Shown here piece after piece: positions 28,981-37,922 of a DNA stretch of 64,000 bases (its first letter is position 1; the number at the start of each line of letters is the position of its first letter). Below the pieces are notes generated by a model. That model searched no databases. It saw only the letters and a program-made list of their open reading frames with translations, and was not told the origin of the DNA. The stretch lies in NCBI GenBank assembly GCA_964368585.1, contig CAYJAK010000012.1:19277-83276 (forward strand), in the 5' to 3' direction. The DNA comes from an uncultured Muribaculaceae bacterium. Lineage in GTDB: Bacteria > Bacteroidota > Bacteroidia > Bacteroidales > UBA932. A program made the translations under genes and the position numbers.

Positions 28981-28988
28981 CAAAAATA
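28981..28988 (-). promoter_or_regulatory. -7 promoter box TATTTTTG for rpsU
   Basis: TAnnTTTG on the minus strand, 32 nt upstream of the rpsU ATG. Confidence 0.45.
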
Positions 28989-29042
28989 ATATTTTTTTTT
29001 AATATCAGCACTACTTTTTAACTATCGGGAGATAAATATTAC

Positions 29043-29050
29043 TAAATTTG
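29043..29050 (+). promoter_or_regulatory. -7 promoter box TAAATTTG for hutU
   Basis: TAnnTTTG match 32 nt upstream of the ATG at 29082. Confidence 0.45.
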
Positions 29051-29081
29051 TGATAAAAGCGAATAAATAATATCAAAATAT

Positions 29082-31112
29082 ATGGAGAGTTTTAAAATTG
29101 AGATAAGTGAAGGTATCCCTAAAATTATACCAAATAAAAGGGAATATGAACAAAATATAAATCATGCACCTCGCAGAAAAGCGATTCTAACAAGGCAAGA
29201 GAAGGGGTTAGCGCTAAAGAATGCTCTTCGTTACTTTCCAAAAGAGCAGCATGCGGAGTTGGCTCAAGATTTTATGGAAGAATTAGAGACTTATGGCAGA
29301 ATATATATGTATAGGTATCGCCCTAACTATAAGATTTACGCTCGTTCAATTTATGATTTTCCACATAAGAGTCTGCAAGCAGCCGCAATAATGCTAATGT
29401 TGAGCAATAATTTGGATTATGCCGTTGCGCAACATCCGCACGAACTTATAACCTATGGTGGTAATGGCGCAGTATTCCAAAATTGGGCACAATATAGAAT
29501 AACAATGAAATATTTGTCTGAGATGACAGATGAACAGACTTTGGTTCTCTATTCAGGGCATCCACTAGGGGTGTTTCCATCGCATAAAGATGCGCCAAGA
29601 GTTGTAGTGACAAATGGAATGGTTATTCCAAACTATTCATCACAAGATCATTGGGAAAAGTTTAACGCTCTGGGTGTCTCTCAATATGGGCAGATGACGG
29701 CAGGATCCTTTATGTATATTGGACCTCAAGGGATTGTACATGGTACTACAATTACTGTTCTTAATGGAGCTAGAATGTGTGGAGACCCAAATCCCGCAGG
29801 AAAAGTATTTGTTAGTTCTGGTCTTGGAGGAATGAGTGGAGCACAGCCAAAAGCGGCAGTAATAGCAGGAGTAGTTGGTGTTGTGGCTGAGGTAAATGAA
29901 AAGGCTCTTCAAACTCGTTTTTCGCAAGGTTGGGTAGATGAGGTTTATAAGGATTTAGATCTATTAATTGATAGAATAGAGAGTGCTCGAGCGGCAAAAG
30001 AGGCAGTTTCGCTTGCATACCTTGGAAATATAGTTGATTTATGGGAGCGTTTCGCAAAAGATAATATCCATATAGATTTGGGATCAGATCAAACATCTCT
30101 CCACAACCCATGGGCTGGAGGCTACTATCCAGTTGGTTATACATTTGATCAGAGCAATAAAATGATGGCTGAAGAGCCAGAGAAATTCAAAGAGTGTGTG
30201 CAAGAGTCGCTTCGCCGACAAGTTGCAGCAATAAACAAATTAACTGCAAATGGAATGTATTTCTTTGATTATGGAAATGCCTTTCTATTAGAGGCTTCAC
30301 GAGCGGGTGCAGATATATTTAATGAGGGTATGAATGCAAATAGTATAGATACCGAAAGATCTCGTAAATTTAGATATCCATCTTATGTTCAAGATATTAT
30401 GGGGCCACTATTCTTTGATTATGGATTTGGTCCATATAGATGGGTCTGTACATCCTCAAACCCAAAAGATCTTGAATACACAGATAAACTAGCAACAGAT
30501 GTGCTGGAACAAATGATGTTAGAGGCTCCCGATGAAATAAAAAGTCAATTGGCCGACAATATTCATTGGATTAAGGAGGCAGGAAAGAATAAATTAGTGG
30601 TTGGATCGCAAGCGCGTATTCTATATGCAGATTCTTTAGGTAGAATCAATATAGCACTAGCTATGAATAGGGCAATTAGAGATGGAAAAGTGTCAGCTCC
30701 AATAGTTTTGGGGCGTGATCATCACGATGTGTCAGGGACAGATTCTCCATACAGGGAGACTTCAAATATTTATGATGGCTCAGGATTTACTGCGGATATG
30801 GCAATTCACAATGTGATAGGAGATTCATTTAGAGGTGCAACTTGGGTCTCGATACATAATGGAGGGGGCGTAGGCTGGGGAGAAGTTATTAATGGTGGTT
30901 TTGGAATGGTAATAGATGGTTCAGAGGAGGCTGATAGACGCATTAAGAGTATGCTATTATGGGATGTGAATAATGGCATTGCCAGAAGAAGCTGGGCAAG
31001 GAATAGAGGGGCAATGTTTGCTATTGAAAAAGAGATGGAGAGAACTCCAGGACTAAAAGTTACAATGCCAAATGTAGCTGATGATGAGTTGATTAATAAA
31101 TTTACGAATTAA
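29082..31112 (+). CDS. hutU: Urocanate hydratase (long, Bacteroidota-type form)
   Basis: LITYGGNG, GQMTAGS.MYIGPQGIVHGT, GLGGMSGAQ and RDHHDVSGTDSP signatures. Confidence 0.95.
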   Translation: MESFKIEISEGIPKIIPNKREYEQNINHAPRRKAILTRQEKGLALKNALRYFPKEQHAELAQDFMEELETYGRIYMYRYRPNYKIYARSIYDFPHKSLQAAAIMLMLSNNLDYAVAQHPHELITYGGNGAVFQNWAQYRITMKYLSEMTDEQTLVLYSGHPLGVFPSHKDAPRVVVTNGMVIPNYSSQDHWEKFNALGVSQYGQMTAGSFMYIGPQGIVHGTTITVLNGARMCGDPNPAGKVFVSSGLGGMSGAQPKAAVIAGVVGVVAEVNEKALQTRFSQGWVDEVYKDLDLLIDRIESARAAKEAVSLAYLGNIVDLWERFAKDNIHIDLGSDQTSLHNPWAGGYYPVGYTFDQSNKMMAEEPEKFKECVQESLRRQVAAINKLTANGMYFFDYGNAFLLEASRAGADIFNEGMNANSIDTERSRKFRYPSYVQDIMGPLFFDYGFGPYRWVCTSSNPKDLEYTDKLATDVLEQMMLEAPDEIKSQLADNIHWIKEAGKNKLVVGSQARILYADSLGRINIALAMNRAIRDGKVSAPIVLGRDHHDVSGTDSPYRETSNIYDGSGFTADMAIHNVIGDSFRGATWVSIHNGGGVGWGEVINGGFGMVIDGSEEADRRIKSMLLWDVNNGIARRSWARNRGAMFAIEKEMERTPGLKVTMPNVADDELINKFTN

Positions 31113-31467
31113 TCAATAATAAAATATAAAGAGTAATGATGATTAGGATAGTTAATGAGATCACTCTATATAGAGTACTTCCACCTCTCTTTGCTATCCT
31201 TCTTTTATTTGAATATTTACTTTGTTTAAGCAGATTATCATAATTTGGTTTTGACTTGCCATAAAATAGATCAATATTTAGGGCTTGGCCTATTGATATT
31301 ATACCTCCAATCAATGTGATTGCTGCGGCTCCAAACAATATATATGCTCCAAATTTGTGAAGATCATTCGTGCTAGTAATCATATCTTTGGCCGCAAGAG
31401 AGCAAATAATAGATGAGATTATAAGAGAAAATGGTGGCCAGAATTTCTCTATTATACCCTTAATCAT
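31102..31467 (-). CDS. Small membrane protein (about 3 TM), unknown function
   Basis: Hydrophobic ORF directly downstream of the GH16 gene. Possible starts are TTG 31500, ATG 31494 and ATG 31467. Its 3' end overlaps the hutU 3' end by 11 nt. Confidence 0.4.
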   Translation of the reverse strand: MIKGIIEKFWPPFSLIISSIICSLAAKDMITSTNDLHKFGAYILFGAAAITLIGGIISIGQALNIDLFYGKSKPNYDNLLKQSKYSNKRRIAKRGGSTLYRVISLTILIIITLYILLLINS

Positions 31468-32506
31468 ATTTTGGATTTTGATATACTCTAACATAATCAA
31501 TTATATAGTCTGTTGGAAAGATAGTGTCATCAACACCCTCTAAACCACCCCAATTACCTCCAATTGCTAAATTTAGCAAAAGAAAATGAGGTTTGTCGTG
31601 AGGCCAAGTATCATCATTATATACATCTGGTTTATATGTGTAAAAAACATTTTTAACATCATCTACATAAAACTTTATAGAAGAGCTATCCCATATAACT
31701 CCATAGGTATGAAAGCCACCCTCCATTCCAAATATCATAGTTTTATCTTTGTTTATAGTGTTACCATAGCTTGAGCCATTATGTATTGCACCATTCTGAA
31801 TATCTTTATCATATCCAACATATTCCATAATATCTATCTCACCACATTTTGGCCATCCCACCTCAGATATATTGGCTCCAAGCATCCAGAATGCAGCCCA
31901 AGTTCCTTTACCTTTAGGCATTTTTGCTCTCATCTCTATTCTGCCATATAAAAATTCTTGCTTACCCTTAGTTATCATTCTAGTTGATGTGTACTCTCCA
32001 ACATTTTGAGTACCAAATGAACCTGTTTTGCGTGCTGTAATAATTAAATTGCCATTCTTAACCTCAGCATTCTCGCCATCTGTATAGTTCTGTAACTCAT
32101 TGTTACCCCATCCCCAAGAGCCTGTCTCAAATGTCCAATCATCTAAATTAACACTATATCCATCAAATTCATCACTCCAAACTAATTCAAAATCTTTATA
32201 ATAATTCTTATCATCCTTATCAATTGTGACATTCTTAGTTATATAACGTTTTTTACCATTATCATTAGCGATAAGTGTTATTTTATACTCACCCTTAAAT
32301 GGAAAATAAAAGATGTCACTCTCGGTAGCCTCTTTTACTCTGCCGTCACCTAAATCCCAATGATATTCCGCCTCTTTGTTTGTAGATCTATTCTCTAATT
32401 TAATATTATTCTTTCCTTTTTTAGTTGCCTTAAAATCAATGCTGTGGGCAAAAATTAATAGTGGAATTAAAGTGAAAATTGCGATTAGTGATAATATCTT
32501 ATTCAT
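31460..32506 (-). CDS. GH16 beta-glucanase (laminarinase-type) with N-terminal PKD-like domain
   Basis: Signal peptide, a PKD-like segment (HWDLGDG....YKITLIANDN), and the GH16 catalytic motif EIDIME. Confidence 0.85.
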   Translation of the reverse strand: MNKILSLIAIFTLIPLLIFAHSIDFKATKKGKNNIKLENRSTNKEAEYHWDLGDGRVKEATESDIFYFPFKGEYKITLIANDNGKKRYITKNVTIDKDDKNYYKDFELVWSDEFDGYSVNLDDWTFETGSWGWGNNELQNYTDGENAEVKNGNLIITARKTGSFGTQNVGEYTSTRMITKGKQEFLYGRIEMRAKMPKGKGTWAAFWMLGANISEVGWPKCGEIDIMEYVGYDKDIQNGAIHNGSSYGNTINKDKTMIFGMEGGFHTYGVIWDSSSIKFYVDDVKNVFYTYKPDVYNDDTWPHDKPHFLLLNLAIGGNWGGLEGVDDTIFPTDYIIDYVRVYQNPKYD

Positions 32507-32606
32507 TGTGTATTTATTTTTTACAAAGTTGTAGAAAAATATGTAAATTTCAAAAAGAGCTTATATTTTCTATCAAATTACTCCTCTAAAAGTGATTTAT
32601 TTTGTA

Positions 32607-32624
32607 ATTTTATCGCGATAAAAT
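32607..32624. repeat. 18-bp perfect palindrome ATTTTATCGCGATAAAAT in the GH16/dacB divergent intergenic region
   Basis: Read directly. It contains the recurrent TATCGCGATA core and lies 16 nt upstream of the dacB ATG, just after a near-match -7 box (TTATTTTG, 32597-32604). Confidence 0.9.
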
Positions 32625-32639
32625 AATATAATTAGAAAA

Positions 32640-34118
32640 ATGAGACTAATAACACTACTGCTGCTCTGTGCAATAATAACTACAGCTCAAGCTCAAGATA
32701 AAATTAAGGTAAAAAATAGCCCAGCTCAAAAATTTATAAAAAAAGAGTTGAAAAACAACCCCCTTTTTAATAATGCTATTGTTGGAATTTGTGCGATAGA
32801 TGAAAATGGAGATTATATTGCAGAGTGGAATTCAAACCTGCCTATGCTAACGGCTTCTACACTTAAAACCGTAACAACAGGATTAGGACTCATTTATCTT
32901 GGTGAAAATTATAAGTATTCAACAGAAATAGCCTATTCTGGTAATATTGTAGATTCCATTTTAGTGGGAGATGTACACATTATTGGGGGTGGAGATCCAA
33001 CCCTGGGTTCAAATGATACAATAGCCGCACCAATAGACTCTATATTTAATATATGGAGTAATGCAATTGTAGAGGCTGGAATAAAAAAAATAGATGGAAA
33101 TATTATTGTTGATGACTCCTTTTTTGTTAGAGAACTAATGCCTGATTCATGGTCTTGGGGGAACTTTGGTGCCTATTACGGAGCTACAGCATCGGGATTA
33201 TCATTCTTTGAAAATAACCACTATTTTTCATTGTTGCCAGGTGAAAATATTGGAGACAAAGCAGTTATTGTATCGCGATACCCAACTATACCAAGCTTAC
33301 AAATTATTAATGAAACAAAAACTGTAGGAAAAGAGGAGGGAAGTTGGAGTAGCTATTATGTACAAGATCTCTCTTTGGTAAGCAAGTTTACAGGAGAAAT
33401 AGCAATTGATAAAGACTCTGTACATACCTATAAATCAAATAGATTCCCCCATTTAAGTTGTGGCTATCATTTCAAAGAATATTTATTGAATAATGGTATT
33501 GAAGTTGATTCAGAGATATTAGATATAAAGGATCTAGATGTAGAGAGTAGAGGTGAATTAACCTATATTTCAGAGACATATTCTCCTAAACTGCTTGAAA
33601 TTGTAAATGTGACAAATAAAATAAGTAATAATTTTTATGCAGAGACAATACTTAAAACTATAGGGAAAGAGATGACAGGTATTGGTAGTTACGATTCTTC
33701 ATATGTTGCAATATATAAATTATTAGACTCGTTATCTGTTGATAGAGAGGGAATTGTGATAAGTGATGGAAGTGGGTTATCCAGACAAAATTATGTTTCT
33801 CCAAGATTTTTCTGTGATTTTTATGATATTTTAACAGAAAGTAATATATTTGTGAGCTATATGGAGAGTTTTCCGATACCAGGCGAAAATGGTACATTAA
33901 AGAGTGTTCTTAAAGATGTAAATCCAACTCAAAAGAGGAAAATTCACGCAAAAAGTGGTTCGCTGTCTGGGGTGAGGTGTTATGCTGGATTTGTGGAGGG
34001 AGGCCGTAAGAGTGGATTGATTAGATTCGCAATTTTAGTGAATAATTATTCTGCTCCGTTGTCCCAAATGCAGCCCCAAATAGAAAAATTTATGTTTGAG
34101 CTAACAAAAACAAAATAA
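32640..34118 (+). CDS. dacB: D-alanyl-D-alanine carboxypeptidase/endopeptidase (PBP4, S13 family)
   Basis: SxxK (ASTLK), SGLSRQN (SxN region) and KSG motifs, with PBP4 length and domain order. Confidence 0.85.
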   Translation: MRLITLLLLCAIITTAQAQDKIKVKNSPAQKFIKKELKNNPLFNNAIVGICAIDENGDYIAEWNSNLPMLTASTLKTVTTGLGLIYLGENYKYSTEIAYSGNIVDSILVGDVHIIGGGDPTLGSNDTIAAPIDSIFNIWSNAIVEAGIKKIDGNIIVDDSFFVRELMPDSWSWGNFGAYYGATASGLSFFENNHYFSLLPGENIGDKAVIVSRYPTIPSLQIINETKTVGKEEGSWSSYYVQDLSLVSKFTGEIAIDKDSVHTYKSNRFPHLSCGYHFKEYLLNNGIEVDSEILDIKDLDVESRGELTYISETYSPKLLEIVNVTNKISNNFYAETILKTIGKEMTGIGSYDSSYVAIYKLLDSLSVDREGIVISDGSGLSRQNYVSPRFFCDFYDILTESNIFVSYMESFPIPGENGTLKSVLKDVNPTQKRKIHAKSGSLSGVRCYAGFVEGGRKSGLIRFAILVNNYSAPLSQMQPQIEKFMFELTKTK

Positions 34119-34145
34119 TATTAACACACAAAAGTAAAAAACACT

Positions 34146-35345
34146 ATGTTAACAATTTCTCAAAAAGCTATTGCTATGCCGCCTTCGGCAATTAGAAAAT
34201 TGGTTCCATTTGCAGATGCTGCAAAAAAAAGAGGAGTAAAAGTTTACCACCTAAATATTGGGCAGCCAGATATAGAATCACCAAATGAGGCTTTAGATGC
34301 TGTTAAAAATAATAATCTAAAAGTAATTGAATATTCAAATTCAGCTGGAATAGAGTCGTATAGAAAAGGGCTTACAGAGTACTACAATAAGATAGGAATA
34401 GATATTCAAATGAGTGACTTAATCATTACTGGTAGTGGTACTGAGTCTGTTCAATTCTCTTTAGCCGTAACTTGTGATCCAGGAGATGAAGTTATTGTTA
34501 TGGAGCCATTCTATACTAATTACAATTCATTTGCAGTACAAAATGATATAAAATTAGTTCCTATTCCTACAACTATTGAGAGTGGATTTGAGTTGCCTCC
34601 TGTAGAGGATTTTGAGAAATATATCACACCTAAGACTAAAGGAATACTTATTTGTAACCCTGGTAACCCAACTGGTACACTATACTCAAAAGATTCAATT
34701 ATTAAATTAGGTGAGATTGTAAAGAAACACCAATTATTCCTATATTCAGATGAGGTTTACAGAGAGTTCTGTTATACAGATGAGCCGCACTTCTCTTGTA
34801 TGAATATACCAGGCTTAGAGCAGAATGTGATTTTACTAGATTCAGTTTCAAAAAGATATAGTCTTTGTGGAGCAAGAATTGGCGCTATTGTTTCTAAAAA
34901 TAAAGAGGTTATGGCGGCAGTTCTTAAGTTTGCTCAAGCTCGTCTTTGCGTTAACGCTTATGGACAAATTGCAGCAGAGGGAGCTTTAGCTACTCCTCAA
35001 TCTTATTTTGATGCTGTAAAAGCCGAGTATATTAAGAGAAGAGATATTCTTGTAGAGGGGCTAAATAAGATACCTGGGGTATTTACTCCAACTCCAATGG
35101 GTGCTTTCTATACAATTGCAAAATTACCAGTTGATAATGCAGATAAGTTTGCACAATGGCTATTAGAAGAGTTTAATTATAATAATCAAACAGTTATGGT
35201 TGCTCCTGCTGCAGGATTCTATGCAACTCCGGGAAAAGGTATAAATGAGGTTAGAATAGCTTATGTTCTTAAAGAAGAGGATTTAAAAGCTTCATTAGAG
35301 TGCTTAGAGGAGGCATTGAAAACATACCCAGGAAGAACAATTTAA
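34146..35345 (+). CDS. PLP-dependent class I aminotransferase (aspartate aminotransferase-like)
   Basis: NPGNPTG, and SVSKRYSLCGARIG containing the PLP-lysine. Confidence 0.9.
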   Translation: MLTISQKAIAMPPSAIRKLVPFADAAKKRGVKVYHLNIGQPDIESPNEALDAVKNNNLKVIEYSNSAGIESYRKGLTEYYNKIGIDIQMSDLIITGSGTESVQFSLAVTCDPGDEVIVMEPFYTNYNSFAVQNDIKLVPIPTTIESGFELPPVEDFEKYITPKTKGILICNPGNPTGTLYSKDSIIKLGEIVKKHQLFLYSDEVYREFCYTDEPHFSCMNIPGLEQNVILLDSVSKRYSLCGARIGAIVSKNKEVMAAVLKFAQARLCVNAYGQIAAEGALATPQSYFDAVKAEYIKRRDILVEGLNKIPGVFTPTPMGAFYTIAKLPVDNADKFAQWLLEEFNYNNQTVMVAPAAGFYATPGKGINEVRIAYVLKEEDLKASLECLEEALKTYPGRTI

Positions 35346-35500
35346 TGTTTTGATTATAAATAATAGTAGAGACTATCTCTAAACATTATATTTCTTAAAA
35401 ATAATAGATGTTTAAAATGGTCAATATACAACGCTCTAATATGATGAAGAGGTGGTAGATTGAGGATTTTAAGCATCTTTTTGCATTATTATAGTAGATA

Positions 35501-35529
35501 TTAGAAAAATTTTTTAATCGCATGAAAAT
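35501..35529 (+). repeat. 29-bp direct repeat, copy 1 (TTAGAAAAATTTTTTAATCGCATGAAAAT)
   Basis: Identical to 35640-35668. Here the embedded ATG opens only an 8-codon ORF (MKISINYI). Confidence 0.9.
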
Positions 35530-35639
35530 AAGCATAAACTATATTTAATCTATTTTACCCAACGGGTTGATTAAAAATAATTTATGCGCAAGTGAAACGG
35601 TTCTCAGAGAATCAAAAATTTTTATAAATTATTTACCTT

Positions 35640-35668
35640 TTAGAAAAATTTTTTAATCGCATGAAAAT
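35640..35668 (+). repeat. 29-bp direct repeat, copy 2, containing the GH92 start codon
   Basis: Identical to 35501-35529. The ATG at 35661 starts the GH92 CDS. Confidence 0.9.
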
Positions 35669-37910
35669 TTTACTTAGCCTCTTTTCTATTTTTATAGGAG
35701 TAATAGCAGGTTACGCTACCTCTCCAGTTGATTGGGTTAATCCATTTATTGGAACCACAAATTTTGGAACGACAAACCCTGGCGCAGTGGCTCCAAATGG
35801 AATGATGTCAGTTGTGCCCTTTAATGTTATGGGGTCTGAAGAGAATATCTTTGACAAAGATTCACGTTGGTGGTCTACACCTTATGAGTTTAATAATAAA
35901 TATTTTACGGGCTTTGCACATGTTGCTCTGAGTGGGGTTGGATGTCCTGAGTTAGGCTCGCTACTAACAATGGCTACAACAGGAGAACTAGAGGTTGATT
36001 ACCATTACTATGGATCCGAGTACTCAAATGAGAAGGCATCGCCTGGTTATTACTCAATAATGTTAGATAAATATAGGATAAAAGCTGAGGCTACAGCTAC
36101 TACACGCTCATCTATAGAGCGCTACACTTTTCCTAAAGGTAATGGCAATATTCTTATAAATTTAGGGGAGGGCTTAACAAATGAATCAGGAGCTATGATT
36201 CGTAGAGTTAGTGATACTCAAATTGAAGGTGTGAAGCTAATGGGAACATTCTGTTATAATCCACAAGCAGTATTCCCAGTATATTTTGTTATGGAGGTCT
36301 CTAAAAAGCCCTCTACATCGGGATATTGGAAAAAACAACCAGTTAAAAGCGGTGTAGAGTCTGCTTGGGATCCTCACGATGGAACATATAAGCTGTATAC
36401 TAATTATGGCAGAGAGTTAGCAGGTGATGATATTGGCTACTACTTTACTTACAATGATATTGCAGAAGGGGAGCAAATAGAGGTGCGTATGGGGGTCTCG
36501 ATGGTTTCAACAGAGAATGCACGTATGAATATGGAGCAGGAGTTAAAGGGAACTAATTTTGATGAACTTCATAATGCAACTCGTAAGCAGTGGAGCGATG
36601 ATTTAGGTAGAATTAGAGTTAGTGGAGGAACAGATAAACAGAAAGAGATATTCTATACAGCTCTATACCACGCATTAATTCATCCAAATATATTAAATGA
36701 TGTTAATGGAGAGTACCCTGCAATGGAGAGTTTTAATGTAGCAAAAACAGATAGGAATCGTTATACGGTATTCTCATTATGGGATACTTATCGTAATATT
36801 CACCAATTGCTCTCTCTAGTTTATCCAGAAAAACAGCTAGATATGGTTAATTCAATGGTGGATATGTATAAAGAGTGGGGATGGCTTCCTAAATGGGAAC
36901 TCTATGGTAAAGAGACTTTTACAATGTCGGGAGATCCTGCAATACCTGTAATAGTAGATAGTTGGATGAAGGGGATAAGAGACTTTGATATTGATGCTGC
37001 ATACCAAGCAATGTATAAATCTGCCAATACGGAGGGGGCCAATAATAAGATGCGTCCCGATATAGATCCATATATAAAAGATGGTTATATTCCAGTTGGT
37101 ATGTTTGCCGCAGATTTATCGGGAGACAACTCAGTCTCTAGGGCATTGGAATATTATATTGCTGATTATGCTCTATCTACATTTGCAGATTCATTGGGAA
37201 AAGAGTCCGATGCAAAGATGTTCTATAATCGCTCTTTGGGATATAAAAAGTACTATTCAAAGGAGTTTGGAACCCTTCGCCCTATTAATCCCGATGGCTC
37301 TTTCTATGCTCCATTTAATCCGCGAGCAGGGGAGAACTTTCAGCACGTTGTAGGTTTTCACGAGGGGAGTGCGTGGAACTATACATTTTTTGTGCCTCAC
37401 GATATTTACGGTTTAGCAAAGCTAATGGGAGGGAAGAAAAAATTTGTAGAGAAGCTTCAAATGGTCTTTGATTCTGGTTTGTACGATCCTGCTAATGAGC
37501 CTGATATTGCATACCCATATCTATTTTCTTACTTCAAAGGCGAGGAATGGAGAACCCAAAAAGAGGTGAGAAGACTATTAGATACATACTATACAAATGC
37601 AGAGGATGGTATTCCTGGAAATGATGATACAGGTACAATGTCTGCGTGGGCACTCTTCTCAATGCTTGGGCTCTACCCCGATTGCCCAGGTTCTCCATAT
37701 TATACACTAACAACACCTGTCTTTGATTATATTGAGATTGATACTGCTGAGGGAGTACTAACAATAGAGGCAGACAGAGAGAATGATGCGGATATATTTA
37801 TAAAGAGAATTATGTTCGGAGATAAAAAATACCCACAATATCGTATTTCACATAAGGAGTTACTTGAGGCTAAGAGAATAAAATTTGAACTGCAGAGTAA
37901 AATAAATTAA
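35661..37910 (+). CDS. GH92 alpha-mannosidase
   Basis: 749 aa. VNPFIGT at the N-terminus, the GNDDTGTMSAW motif, and GH92 length and pattern. Confidence 0.9.
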   Translation: MKILLSLFSIFIGVIAGYATSPVDWVNPFIGTTNFGTTNPGAVAPNGMMSVVPFNVMGSEENIFDKDSRWWSTPYEFNNKYFTGFAHVALSGVGCPELGSLLTMATTGELEVDYHYYGSEYSNEKASPGYYSIMLDKYRIKAEATATTRSSIERYTFPKGNGNILINLGEGLTNESGAMIRRVSDTQIEGVKLMGTFCYNPQAVFPVYFVMEVSKKPSTSGYWKKQPVKSGVESAWDPHDGTYKLYTNYGRELAGDDIGYYFTYNDIAEGEQIEVRMGVSMVSTENARMNMEQELKGTNFDELHNATRKQWSDDLGRIRVSGGTDKQKEIFYTALYHALIHPNILNDVNGEYPAMESFNVAKTDRNRYTVFSLWDTYRNIHQLLSLVYPEKQLDMVNSMVDMYKEWGWLPKWELYGKETFTMSGDPAIPVIVDSWMKGIRDFDIDAAYQAMYKSANTEGANNKMRPDIDPYIKDGYIPVGMFAADLSGDNSVSRALEYYIADYALSTFADSLGKESDAKMFYNRSLGYKKYYSKEFGTLRPINPDGSFYAPFNPRAGENFQHVVGFHEGSAWNYTFFVPHDIYGLAKLMGGKKKFVEKLQMVFDSGLYDPANEPDIAYPYLFSYFKGEEWRTQKEVRRLLDTYYTNAEDGIPGNDDTGTMSAWALFSMLGLYPDCPGSPYYTLTTPVFDYIEIDTAEGVLTIEADRENDADIFIKRIMFGDKKYPQYRISHKELLEAKRIKFELQSKIN

Positions 37911-37922
37911 AACAGACTATAT

